Shown here: one piece after another, positions 14,215-26,999 of the stretch
How the letters are laid out: every line of letters begins with the position of its first letter
Position numbering within the stretch: position 1 is the stretch's first letter
Assembly (NCBI GenBank): GCA_964016885.1
Contig: OZ024742.1
Span: forward strand, 238,948,001-239,012,000
Length of the DNA stretch: 64,000 nt
Direction of reading: 5' to 3'
Origin: Eledone cirrhosa
Lineage: Eukaryota
Position numbers and translations under genes: made by a program
The notes under the pieces: model-generated
Seen by the model: only the letters and a program-made list of their open reading frames with translations
Database searches by the model: none
What the model was told of the DNA's origin: nothing

Positions 14215-14790
14215 GGTGGCTGCCAACTCGTTTTCGAGTACGGCCACTACTTTATATCCATGTAGGAGAACCCCTACCTATGCGCTGAACGAGTGTGACT
14301 TTTTAGTCCAGCCAGCGACTTGAAAACTCTGGTACAAACACTACACTTGTGACAATTATTGACACACTGTGCTGGGCCCATGGTACCATGTGACGACAAG
14401 TGCAGAGAGGTCTCCAGATATAAAGCAATGCCTGTGCTGTGAAGCTTTTATAGTGAGAAAAGGCACTGCACAAAGCCAGTCCCACTCTCTTAACCAAGAT
14501 GATATTTACCAAAAAGAAGAACAAGTCAACATCATTGGATACCATCAGGGTTGCAGCTGTTATATCAGAGTTTTCCTTCCCCTAGAATTCTGCCTTGACA
14601 AAGGCTAAGGGGTCATCTCTCCCGGTGATTTTGGATGGCCATTGACTCTTAAGAGCTCCTTTGCCTTTTGACAGGTTTTGTTTTTAGTCCTGCAGGATGT
14701 CCAAAGTCACCCTCCTCACCAAGAAACCTTGGTGGGGTTGCCAGTTTAGTCGCCAACAACCCGACCATGGGACAGGTTGTACTGGGATAC
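14215..14790 (-). mobile_element. Possible 5' region of an RTE-like LINE
   Basis: GC-richer island between microsatellites. gagttttccttcccctaga...ggctaag and ttagtcgcc...cccgac resemble reversed RTE 5'UTR motifs as I recall them; no protein motif found. Confidence 0.35.
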
Positions 14791-14825
14791 ATGTTACATA
14801 CATACATACATACACACATACACAC

Positions 14826-14876
<51 letters not shown>

Positions 14877-15004
14877 TATATATGTCTAAACTTGATATGC
14901 AAAGGCTGAATAATATACATACGAAAATATATGTAAAATATTATGTATATATATATATATGTGTGTAAAACACTAACCAAACATAATATGCAAAGTCTAT
15001 ATAT

Positions 15005-15119
<115 letters not shown>

Positions 15120-15153
15120 GATATATATACAATATACAATATATTAACAAAGA

Positions 15154-16040
15154 GAACGTGAGGCCGCCTGTGAGACGTGGAACCGGCTTGGACTTAGCCC
15201 AGTAGACGTCCCTCGTCCTTCTCCCCTGTTGACGTCAAGTCCCCCCAACGCACTTGGGATGCCATCCAGTGCAACCTGGCCTCAGACAGGCTCACGCGCC
15301 AGCTCGACCAGCACCGCCTTGCTTGTTTTCGTGCGGCCTCCAAACCCCACAGTGGTGCCTGGCTCCATGTTCTGCCCTCCTTCTCCACTGGCACGCAGCT
15401 AGACAACCATAGCCTGCGAATCGGCGTTTCCCTGAGGCTCGGCCTCCGGATCTGCCAGCTACACCAATATCGCTGCGGTTCCACCGTGGACTCTTTCGGC
15501 CTCCACCGGCTTTCCTGTCGCCACAGTGCCGGCCGCATTCCACGCCATACTGCCCTCAACGAGGTCATTAAGCATGGCTTGGACGATTCAGGCTTCCCTT
15601 CCCAGCTCGAGCCGGTGGGGCTGGATCGAGGGGACGGCAAAAGACCAGATGACATGACCATCTTCCCGTTCCGCGGTGGCAAACCCCTCGTCTGGGATGT
15701 CACTTGCACCGACACTTTCTGCAGCCGCAACCTGGTGCAGTCTGCGACTGACCCAGGTTCTGCTGCACGTCGGGCTGAGGGGGCCAAACTCCTCAAATAC
15801 CGGTCGCTCTCCGACAGGTTTGCGGTCGTACCCTTGGCAGTGGAGACTTCTGGTGTCCTCGGCTCCAAGGCTACCTCCTTTCTCGCCACCATAGGCGCTG
15901 AGCTGGCCAGCCGTAGGTGTGAGACCCGCGAGTTGGAGTGGCTTTTCCAGCGCGTCTCCCTTGCCGTCCTCCGGGGAAACGCCTTCTCCATTCTGTCCGC
16001 CGGGGCTGTGGGTGGGTCCCATCGCGTACCAATACAATAG
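15154..16040 (+). mobile_element. CRE-clade non-LTR retrotransposon 3' fragment (zinc knuckle + restriction-like endonuclease)
   Basis: HRLSC...RH, EPVGL, GKRPDDMT, LVWDVTC, KLLKY and PLAVETSG motifs. Homologous to 54950-55780. Confidence 0.85.
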
Positions 16041-16096
16041 TTAAATACCATTATTTCATCTCAATAGATGTATATTATACACTACCATATATATAG

Positions 16097-16386
16097 AAAA
16101 TGGAAACTATATTTATAAAACCATATTTATTTTATTATACATATTTCAAGGGTCAATATTTATTTATAAAACTAATCTGTATTGTATTTTATCTGATGAA
16201 AGCGCACCATAATTTGCCTTGGTGGCCCTTGAAATATGTATAATAAAATAAATATGGTTTTATAAATATAGTTTCCATTTGTTAATATATTGTATATTTA
16301 CTCCAATAATTTGTTGAGTGCTTTATATCAGTTATAAAAATATATTTAAGCTTGTTGTATCCCAATAAATTAAATATAACCTCTGC
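16097..16386 (+). ncRNA. Family-H-related pLTR cassette with an HHR at 16186-16249 and a short inverted 5' arm
   Basis: attttat CTGATGA aagcgcacca...tggtggccctt GAAA tatgta TA ataaaat. 16097-16153 is an inverted copy of the downstream sequence. Confidence 0.8.
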
Positions 16387-16505
<119 letters not shown>

Positions 16506-16525
16506 CAGCGGGAATCGTATTTCGG

Positions 16526-16603
<78 letters not shown>

Positions 16604-16821
16604 TTAGGGTAAATATTGATGCAATTCAAATCAAGCACTCAACGTACTTTTTCCACATAGGAGTGACGGAGTAAATATCGACTAAGGAAAAGCGCAGTAG
16701 TTTCAGATGTTCAAGTCCTTTAATAATAATTGTTTCTACTTTAGGCACAAGGCCAGCAATAACCCAGTGCATTACTGGTACTTTATTTTATCGACCCCGT
16801 AAGGATGAAAGGCAAAGTAAT

Positions 16822-16895
16822 GCTGTGATATATATTTCAATGACGACAATGGCCACACTGTTCTGTGTGCGAGTGTCGTGACATCATCAGACAGC
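16822..16895 (-). ncRNA. Type I hammerhead ribozyme
   Basis: Reverse complement: gctgt CTGATGA tgtcacgaca...tgtcgtcatt GAAA tatata TC acagc. Confidence 0.8.
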
Positions 16896-16979
16896 TTGTT
16901 ACATAATAAGGTTATGTTTCCGAGGCAATCCAAATTAAATCGACATGACTGCTACCCATCCCGACTGCCACAGTCATGT

Positions 16980-17300
16980 AAAAATTAGAATTGGAGCTCT
17001 GAAATAGCAATATTGCTATTTCAGGGCTCCAATTCTAATTTTTAATTTCTGCCTGACCAACAACCGCTCTGCATAATCAGCTCCTGATTATTTACTAGAT
17101 TTCTATAAGAATATAACATCAATGATCTCAGTAAACAGGTGGGGTAGTTGGCCTTGATAAGCTTCAACCAAAGCGAAACAAGTCTTGTCGGCTTATCTCC
17201 CCTGTTTGCTGAGATCAAAGTGAGTGAATTTGTCACTACTTTAAAACAATAGCTTACGGTCTTCAAAATGCTTTTAATTAAGCATAAAGTGTATTGCAAA
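16980..17300 (+). mobile_element. Diverged relative of family C, with a 5' hairpin and a decayed HHR (17150-17193)
   Basis: gctatttcag..ccaatt..taatttctgcc..gacc..caaccgctc is shared with 8463-8520. ggcc TTGATAA gctt..aagc GAAA caag-t-cttg TC ggct. Confidence 0.6.
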
Positions 17301-17349
17301 ATACATTATATATACATCCATATATATATATATATTCTAAGACATAGAT

Positions 17350-17930
17350 AACCACATAAGATTTACCATAGAACACCCCGATAAAAATGGTTCCTTGTCC
17401 CTGCTAGACTTCAAGCTTAAAACAACAGAAGAAGGTGCTATACACATCAACTTACCAAATTCTATAGGAAAGCCGCCAACAGAGACATCGTTTGTGCTTT
17501 ATAGGTTAGCCCTCCCCTTAGGTGCCAAAACCGGATACATAAGAAATGAACTTACACTTCATGGATGTACTGAAGACGAACGGATACCCAACATCCACAG
17601 TGAATCGTCTCAGGAAACGAAGGCACCGCAGACATAAGACCTCCTCTAACACCTGCTTCATGAAAGTACCACACTTCAGCGAAAACATAACCACAGCTAT
17701 CCGCAGAGCCATCCGCAAAGAAGGACTAGACATACAATTAGCTCACTCTGGCTCTTCACTACGTGGATACCTATCTAAAAAGCAATCCAGAGACAACAAC
17801 AACCAATGCTCGCTTATTAACTGTCCTATCCACGATATAGGTATGTGCCAACGGACACATGTTGTATACTTGATTGAATGTTACATTAGTAGCACGACTC
17901 GAGCACTCCACACTCGGCTCTCTGTCTAAC
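17350..17930 (+). pseudogene. Penelope-like element fragment (RT thumb to start of GIY-YIG)
   Basis: LSLLDF, NGYP, CSLINCPI...CQRTHVVYLIEC-YISSTTRALHTRL motifs; frameshifted. Confidence 0.7.
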
Positions 17931-18189
17931 TTGATGAATTGGAAAGACATATATGATGACAAATATCGCAGACCTGGTTTTTATCCCATTCACTTCGGAA
18001 ATTGTGTTTGTCATGCAACTCGCGTAAATTCTACATAAGAAATTTACTCTTTTTCAAATATATCTGCACGATCGTTTAGTTGTTTTGTCCATTGGTGCCA
18101 ATCAAAAGCATTTTTTTTTCACTTAACCTCGTTTATCTCAAATGTTTTGTAAGAGGACTTTATACTGCACAGGTTCGTGCTTTTCACAT

Positions 18190-20470
18190 AGAAACCGCAT
18201 GTACATACATAGGATACTGGCTGACGAATTTCACCTTCTATTGGCAATATCTCATACGGCTGATTAGAGAAATCACACAAGAACTGCCCCAATGGTTATC
18301 AACTGCCACTACTCTCCTCATCTCCCAAAACAGCCAAACCACCCTTGCTAAAAATTACCCCTCAATGGCCTGTCAGAACATCATGTACAAATGATACATT
18401 GGTTGCCTTAATCTGTTCTTGCAAGATGATTGTGCCACCAACAACATTATAACACCTGAGCAAGCTGGTGGAAAGAAGGAGGTCTGTGGCTGCATAGATC
18501 ACCTACAAACAAATAAAAGGATACAGGAAAAACAGCAAAGAATCGCAGGAACATGACTGTGGTGTGACTGGAATATCAGAAGGCCTTTGATAGTGTACCT
18601 CATGGGTTGATTATTAAGGTTTTACAGTTAGCCAAAGTCCCATAACCACTAGTAGCTGCCGTTGAACGCCTGACTAAGAAATAGGACACCAATTTGATCC
18701 TTAGGGGTGAGAAGGAGAAAGTTGAGACTGATAAGATACACTACCAGAAAGGCATCTTTCAGAGTGATAGCTTATCAGTGCTGCTCTTCGTCCTCTCACT
18801 AAACCCACTGTCATACCTGCTGACAAAACAAATTGGTCATAGAAGTGGATCCAGAAGTATCTCCCATCTTTTCTTTGTTGATAACCTGAAGTTGTATGGG
18901 CCAAATACCAACTATATTAAAACAAATTGGACCTCATTACACAATTTTATGCAGACATCAGAATGAGATTTGGTGATTCCAAATGTGAATATTTGACAGT
19001 AAAACGTGGAAGGGCTGTAACCTCCTCTGGAAATCTAGAGATGAACGGCTTTCCAATACAACCTCTACAATCAGGAGACAACTACAGATATCTTGGACAG
19101 GATGAGAATGTCAGATATGATGGACCCATAAATAAGGAGGGAACCAGAACTGAATATCTCAGGAGAATAAAGAAAATATGGTCATCAGAACTATCACTGT
19201 ACTACAAATACATTGTCCACAATACTTATACTGTGCCAATCCTAACGCCAACATTTGGTCTGCTGAACTGCTCATTGCAAGAGCTAAGTGAGATGGATGT
19301 AAGAACTCGCAAGCTTCGCAGTGTTACTGGGAACTTTAACACCAATGGTGATGTGGATAGGCTATACTTCTCGCGCAAGGAAGGTAGCCAGGGGTCTAAA
19401 ATCTATATTAACATCGTACGAGACCCTGATAGTAACACTAAAGCAACATCTTCAACAGAAGAAAAAGGTCAGCAACCATCTTGCCCAGGTTTATGAGCAT
19501 GAAGGAAATAATATCATTAGGATAGCCACTGATCTGGGGGATCAGGCCTGATATAAATCTCTCTCCCAGGAACATTGGAAGATCCTATTCAATGCTCGAA
19601 CACGATTAAAAAGATGGACCAGTTTACAGAGAAAGTTGTGCATGGGTACCTGAGACGAAAAACACAAACCATAAAGGGGATAAATCACTCAAAAAACCTA
19701 GCATGGAGTTCCGACAAGTTTATGACATCCCACATTGAAGGATATCTCTATGCAATACAGGAACAAGAAATCGCTACCAAATATCTGCTACACAAAAGAG
19801 GAGGACCATCAGTCGACAATAACTGTATGCTATGTAAAACAAAGATTGAAGATGTTAGCCACATTGTTACCAACTGTGAAATAATGTTGTCTCGTTACTA
19901 CCTCCCTATGAGACACGATATGATAGCTAGAACCATCTGGAACACACTAAGGAAAACAAAATTAAAAACAAATGAGGAGGAATATGTTGAGATAGATGGC
20001 ACTAAAGAATACTGGTAGAACCTGAAAATAAAAACTGCCACCCAATTAAAGCACAATCGACCTCATATTGTTGTTTGGGACCACACATTAAAAACGTGCT
20101 CTGTTGTAGAGATCAGCTGCCCACTAGATGTCAACGTTGTAAGAAAAATAAAGGAGAAGGGGGACATATATGGACCATTGATGAGGAGTTTACAGATCCA
20201 GTATCCAGGATACACCTTCGGCTTCATACCCATTATTATTGGAGCTACAGATTATATACCAATCCGCTTGGACCAAAGTATGACTGAACTTGGATGTGTG
20301 GATAAAGAGCGCATTTCCCTAATTCATAGACTACAAATGGCGACTATAGCGGGCACCTTCAACATTTTCAAAACATTCTTACGATTCAAGGGATGACAAT
20401 TTCTTTTCTTTTGCAACCTTGCCTCCAGGAAGGCGGCCAGTCAAAAAATGTAGTCAAAATTAAGAGAAAC
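18190..20470 (+). mobile_element. Degenerate R4/Dong-clade non-LTR retrotransposon
   Basis: YQKAFDSVPH, GIFQSDSLS, HLFFVDNLKLY, YRYLG, AIQEQ, CMLC..HIVTNC..RHD and HNRP..VEISCP, spread over broken ORFs. Confidence 0.85.
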
Positions 20471-20515
20471 AGAACATACATACATACATGCGTACGTACG
20501 TATGTATGTACATAC

Positions 20516-20840
20516 GAGGAACAGTCAACATATTTCTGGATCATTTCCTTTCATCAGGGCTGAATACCTCACTACTAATCGATGGAACTGTTGAAAATAT
20601 ATAGTATTTTCTAATGTATACATCGGCAGATTAGCCTCATTTGCATACCGAGCGATTGTATACTTCAGCCGTTCAATCCGTCAATCGAGTAGCAGAGAAG
20701 TATACACTCCTGATGAAAGGGAATGAACTAGAAACATGTTGACTGTTCCTCGGTGCTACTGTTGAACAAACGGATGACGATAGTCATCAAAAACAAAGCA
20801 TAGCATAAATGAAGCCGTTTGTTCGCTACGAGTCGAATAT
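20516..20840. ncRNA. Family-B fold-back cassette with two HHRs, 20522-20562(-) and 20705-20745(+)
   Basis: cagcc CTGATGA aagga-aatga-tcca GAAA tatg TT gactg and cactc CTGATGA ... GAAA catg TT gactg. Helix II pairs weakly. Confidence 0.65.
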
Positions 20841-20853
20841 TATTATTATTATT

Positions 20854-21040
20854 GTGGATTGGCAGTATCGGTAGAGGGTCGGACGTCATGCTTTGATGCA
20901 TAGTTACGGCCCTTGCCATTCTGAGTTCAAATCCCGCCGAGGTTAACTTTGCCTTTCATCCTTACGGGGTCGATAAAATAAAGTACCAGTAATGCACTGG
21001 GTGATTGCTGGCCTTGTGCCAAACGTAGAAACAATTATTA
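20854..21040 (+). mobile_element. tRNA-derived Nin/Deu-core SINE, full length. Further copies at ~26809, 28795, 34070(-), 43825, 45445, 47725(-), 47912(-), 48115(-), 53105(-), 56902, 58057; partial copies at 10540, 16725, 48895
   Basis: tggcagtatcggtagag A-box region, gagttcaaatccc B-box, gcctttcatccttacggggtcgataaaataaagtaccag core, (ATT)n tail. Confidence 0.9.
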
Positions 21041-21179
21041 TTATTCGATATAATCCATATTTACATTTGTCTGCTATGTTAGAACGAAAATTCAAATTCT
21101 AATTTTGTTTATATATATATATACATATATATATTTATATATATATACATAAATAAAAATATCCATGCACACACACACA

Positions 21180-21218
<39 letters not shown>

Positions 21219-21249
21219 ACAGATATACATGGAGGGTTATCATTATCAC

Positions 21250-24200
21250 AGAGATAATGCTCTTCTCAATACGTATGCAGTATCAGTTAAAACAAATTTT
21301 GCTCCTCTTGCAAAGATGTTAAATCAAGGATTATTCTCAAATACTGTTCTGTTCCTTTTTTATTATCATTCCTAGTTCTCCTACAACCGCCGGTATCGTA
21401 ATGGCCTTGAAGTACCACATTTTTTTCAATTTCAATGAGCAGATCTTTATATTTTCTTAGCTTGTCAATGAGATGCTTATATCAATCAATAAACAGACCT
21501 TGTTATGTTGGTCTTTTACAATAATATCTGGTCTATAAGTTGTTATGGCCCTGTCAGTATGTACAGGAAAGTCCCAAAGAATAGTTACTTTTTCTCCTTC
21601 AGTTACAGCCTCAGGGTATGATGGTACCGCTTGTCTGCATCTTTGATTTTATAATGCTGACATATTAACCAGTATAGATATTGGCCAACTTTGTCGTGTT
21701 TAGATTTGTATTCTGCTGGTGCTAAAACTTTACATCCTGAGATTAAGTGGTCCACTGTTTCAATCTCATCATTGCAGAATCGGCACTTTGGATTTATTCC
21801 ATTTCTCATCACATTGGCTTGGTAGTTCTCTGTCAATAAGCTTTGATCTTGGGCAGCCAAGATGAAGCCTTCGCTCTCTGCTTTTAGCCCTGAACTACGT
21901 AGCCACTGATGGGTGTGCTTCTGGTCAACATCAGCCTGCTTGCTACGGGCTACATATTTGCCATGCAGAGATTTCTACTCCCACTTTGATGCTAATTGTT
22001 CTTGCCTTTTTACTTTTGCCATTAATGTTATATGCTTAGCAGCAACTGTTGCAACAGTTCCCTTACTCTATCTAACCTGGATATCAAGCCTGAGATCGGT
22101 AGCATTTTTTGCTCTCCTTCAAGATAGTATGAAGCTTCTTACTTCTCTCGTGTTTTTCAACAAGTTTCAGCATACAGTCGTTTATTGTTTCAAGGTATTT
22201 GGCCAGTTCAATAGTGGTGGTCTTCTAGGTAAGTTCAAATTGGACCAGGCCATGACCTCCTTGAGTTCTAGGATGGTAAAGACGATCCATATCTGCCTTC
22301 GGGTGGTGCATATTATTACAAGTTAGTAACTTACGGATTTTGGTGTCGATTCTTTTAATTTCACTTATATTCCAGTTCAACACACCGAAGCTATAAGTGA
22401 CAACTGAAACTGCCAAGAAATTTATGGCTAACACCTTGTTATGTGCATTTAGTTCAGATCTCAGAACTGCGCGTACTCTCCTGTAACATTCTTTCCTTAT
22501 CTTCTCTTTCATACTTGCAAGCTGAATGCAAGAGCCTTCATTAATCCCTAAGTATTTATAGGTTTATTTCTGCTCAAGTTCTTTTATGACAGTTTCAGCA
22601 TCTAATTCAACTGAGTTTGAGTTGATAACTTTCCCTTTCTTGAAAGTGGCCTTGGCATACTTATCAAGTCCAAACTCCATCCTGATGTCATCACCAAATG
22701 TTTTTGCTGGCCGCAAAAGGCCTTCCAGCTCGTCATTTCCTTTGCAATATAGTTTTTAGATCATCCATATAAAATAGGTGGTTATTTTCTTGTTGGCAAT
22801 TTTCTAACCATACTTTGTTCTATTAAGTTCGGTTGTAAGGGGTATTAAAGCTATGCAAAAAAGTAAGGGTGAAAGCGAGTCACCTTGGAAAATGCCACAG
22901 TTGATGTTTATATTGTTAGAACTTATTACTCCATTGGAATGATATAATTGAAGATTTGTGATCCACAATGACATATGTTTCAGGTAGTTTTAAATTACGT
23001 GTGAGATTTTGAAGATGTCCAGTTATTTCAGAATCCATGAGTCCAGTATGCTGTCAAAAGCTTTTTTGTAATCGATCCATACGGAACATATTTCTGCGCT
23101 TATTATGGCAGTTCTCAAAGATCATACGATTAATCAAGAGTTGATCTTTACAACCATATGAACCTCATCCGCATCCTTTTTTTTCAATGGGGAAAAGAGT
23201 TTGTTCTCTTCCATAAACACGTATGCTTTCTCCATGAGAATAGATGTTAATAGCTGTGGACAAATAGATGTTAAAATGGTGGACAAGCAGATTATGGGCC
23301 GTTAGTTTTTTTTATCTTTAGTTTCATTGTTCTTTGGTAGAAAGTAAGTAATGCCCCTTGCTATCCAATAAGGTATTTGTTTGTTTGTTTTTTGTTGTTG
23401 TTTTTTTTGTTTGTTCTTTTTTCATCTTTCATAATTTCATTGAACAGCTTGACTAATATTTTGTGTGTGCACCGGAGCGAGGAAAGCCAGAAATTTGGCA
23501 CCCTATCTCTACCAGGAGATTTCCACTTATGAGCTTTATTGTCTTAAGTCTACTATTGAGATGTCTTCTCGTGCTTGTTCTTATAAATGTGTGTAGGAGT
23601 TTTCCAAGCGACTAATCCAATCTACATTTGACTTCTCATCATTCCAAATCTTTCTCCAAAAGTTTTCAACTTCTTCCGTGGAAGGAGGGTCTTCAATAAT
23701 TATTTTCTCCTTCCCTATTTCTCTAAAAAATAACTTGGCATTGGATGTGAACAACCTATTTTGTCTGTAGAAGTTGTTTCACTTCTAGAATCTACGAGTT
23801 CATTGGGCTTTTACTTGGACTTTTTGTTTCAGAATTTCCTTTGTTGATATTAGTACTTCTCTAGACATCTCAATAGTAGACTTAAGACAATAAAGCTCAT
23901 AAGTGGAAATCTCCTAGTAGAGATAGGGTGCCAAATTTCTGGCTTTCCTCGCTTCGGTGCACACACAAAATATTAGTCAAGCTATTCAATGAAATTATGA
24001 AAGATGAAAAAAGAACAAACAAAAAAAACAACAAAAAGCAAACAAACAAATACCTGATTGGATAGCAAGGGGCATTACTTACCTTCTACCAAAGAACAAT
24101 GAAACTAAAGATAAAAAAACTAACGGCCCATAATCTGCTTGTCCACCATTTTAACATCTATTTGTCCACAGCTATTAACATCTATTCTCATGGAGAAAGC

Positions 24201-24560
24201 ATACGTGTTTATGGAAGAGAACAAACTCTTTTCCCCATTGAAAAAAAAGGATAGACTGTGTTCTTCAGCAAAATTTGGTCTTCAAATTCTGTTTTTATGC
24301 CCCTTTCCTGGCGATTTTCAGCAGGTTCATTAGAATTTCTTATTTCTACAAACCTATTTGAGATTTGGTCAGGTGGTGGTCTTTCGATTAAGACATATGA
24401 CTGGTTACTCTTTTAAAGAGATTTTTCAATTCTTTCATGTCGTATATTTATGTCATTTTCCACTGCATACTTGATCGCAGTTATTTCAGTATCTGTGGGT
24501 CTATTATTACTGAAGATATCCCTCCTAACGTTTGCTGACTTATTTTCATCCAAATAACGT
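21250..24560 (-). mobile_element. Degenerate R4/Dong-clade element with an internal inverted duplication
   Basis: AAQDQ, CRFC..ETVDHLISGC, RLYHPRTQGGHGL, GIFQGDSLSP and DYKKAFDS on the minus strand. 23862-24252 is an inverted copy of 23174-23566. Confidence 0.85.
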
Positions 24561-24839
24561 CTGCTGGAGATTTAGTAGCACGTTGCCTGTTGACTACCTA
24601 CTGAAATTAATGTTTCAAGGTCAGTAACTTTAGTCTATAAATAGATTGAGGACTGTCTTGTGTTATAACGACCATTCGGTTATAGGACTGGCAGTGTATA
24701 TGTGGTTGTAAATGTGGTGTGGGAGCTGTGATGGCACTAGAGGATTATATCGCTTTTATCTGGGGTTTACTGTACTTCCATTTTCTTCTCAAAATTTGAA
24801 TCTAGCAATTTTTAATATTTCCGAGATTTCGGGTGTAGA

Positions 24840-26800
24840 TAAATTGTAAACAACGATTTCTTGAGGAAAAGCTGAGGATATGGCATCTCTAAATATTCTG
24901 CCCAAACGGTGAACAGATGTGGTCGCCGTTTTTGAGACAGGCCTTTCCGTAGCTCGTCTCTTTGACTGAGCTGCAGTCCTGGGTCGAGAAGAGACCGAGA
25001 CTGAGCGCCTGGCATCTGGAGTGTTGTCAGGTGCTCACTGCCCTCTACTAGGCGGGGAATGCGATCAGTGAAACTTCCACTCTTGAGTTATATAAAGAAT
25101 TAGTGGCGGGCGAGTGCGACGACGCACTGGGCGTTGACGAAGTCGAACTGACCGGTCTGTTCCGGAGGACTTTTGAGCCGGAGACTATGGATAAGTTCCA
25201 GAAATCCCTCGCTTGGTAGTGCAACCGGGGGCAGTGCCAGTTCGTGATAAACTCTATAGGCACGGAAGCGCTGTCAGACGGACATGCCCGAGGTGCGTGC
25301 AGAGCGATGAAAGCGTTCAACACGCCCTCTAAAAGAATACGAGACCGTAACAGGAGCAAAGATTAACCATGAAAAGTCGATGGGCCTCCGGCTCGACACC
25401 TGGAGAGGCAGGTTCATGCCGCCCAACAGCGTCGTTGAGCGCTGAACAGACGGACTGGTTAAATCGTTAGGGGTCTGGTTTGGTCCGGACCTCCAGACGA
25501 GCAAAGCCTGGGACGAGGTGACGAGCAGGGTGGCTTCTCTCATCTAGAAATGGGCTGAGAGAAAAGCTATCCCTGAAATGTCGCACGGAGGTGGCGAACG
25601 CGTACATCGCATCCGACATCTACTACCACCTGAGTGCGCTAAAGCGTTTGCTCTTTCGCTTTTTTGGTCAGGCGGTCCATCTGCTGTCGACACCCGCTAC
25701 GTGGATGGCTGGGCATGCCGTGGCAGATGATACGCAGGCATGCGCTCAGACTACGGAATCTTCATCTCTTCCTCAGCGGTGAACAGGTGTGGTCGCCATT
25801 TGCTAGAGTTGCAGTCCTGGGCCAAGCGAAGATCGTGAGAGAGCGCTTAGAGACTGGAATGTCTTCAGGCGCTCACAACCTTCTACCAGCTGGGCATTAG
25901 TATCGGTGGAAACTCCACCGTGACATTGTATAGAGAGTTAGTGGGGGAAAAGAGCGACGACCTCCTTGGGCAGACTCTGAGCATCGATGAAAATCAACTA
26001 GCCAATCTCTTCGGGAGAACGTTCGGGCCGCGGCTCATGGACAACTTCCAGAAATCCCTGGCCAGGCAGTGCTTCCGAGCAGCTTTGCTAGTTCAAGATA
26101 AACTCTACAGGCATGGAAGTGCCGTCAGCCGGACTGTCCGAGATGCGCGCAGGATGACGGAACTGTCATGCACGCACTCGTCCAGTGTCCGAGCATTGCT
26201 GACTTGTGGGTTTATGTCGAACACCTGCTGTCGCGTGTAGGACGGATCTGGCTATCAGCTGAGTCCATCATGAGGATTGCCCCACCCTCTTCCATTAGCC
26301 AGGAATGGCAGGCAGTTTTTATCTGCCTGGTGGCCATGGTAAAAGAGGTCGTGTGGTGGACGGGTCTGACGAAGCCCTGATTAACATTTTCAAATTTCAC
26401 TTGCAAAGGAAAATCAGGGTGCGCAGAGAATTGATCCCTTCCCAGCTATTTGTTGAAAGTTGAGTGAGAGAAGTGAGCATGGGCCGAGTGAATGGGCCTA
26501 CCCTGAGTATGCGCTTGTAGATTGGAGGTGGAAAACTGGGAGAGGGGACTTGCCCTGGTGGTCAGGGTCATTGAGGCATTTTGTGGGCTTTCTCCACAGG
26601 TGACCCACGGAAGCCCCCTCCCCACCCCTCCTTCATTGGGGAATTTTTCTTTGTTACAATTTTTGGTTACTTCTTTTGTTATTGTTTTTATTTTACACGC
26701 AGAAATGCCAATTTGTACCGTCATGTGTTGTCCTTAATGTTATACTTTATGTCAACCCTTGTGGTTAATAAAGAAATCATTATTATTATTATTATTATTA
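24840..26800 (+). mobile_element. Tx1/L1-like LINE 3' half, fragmented, with a shuffled duplicate segment
   Basis: INHEKS, LGVWFG and CPRC..HALVQCP remnants. 3' end gtggttaataaagaaatc(att)n. 24900-25330 parallels 25780-26180. Confidence 0.7.
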
Positions 26801-26999
26801 TATTCTAAGGCGGTGGATTGGCAGTATCGGTAGAGGGTCGGACGCCATGCTTTGACGCAAAGAGTTACGGCCCTTTCCATTCTGAGTTCAAATCCCGCCG
26901 AGGTTAACTTTGCCTTTCATCCTTACGGGGTCGATAAAATAAAGTACCAGTAATACACTGGGTATTTGCTGGCCTTGTGTCAAAAGTAGAAACAATTTA

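Noticed and set aside
15194-16051. 285-aa minus-strand ORF
   Set aside because: Antisense shadow of the GC-rich CRE endonuclease region.
20854-20940. tRNA genes suggested by A/B boxes
   Set aside because: These are SINE heads followed by a core and tail, with no complete cloverleaf.
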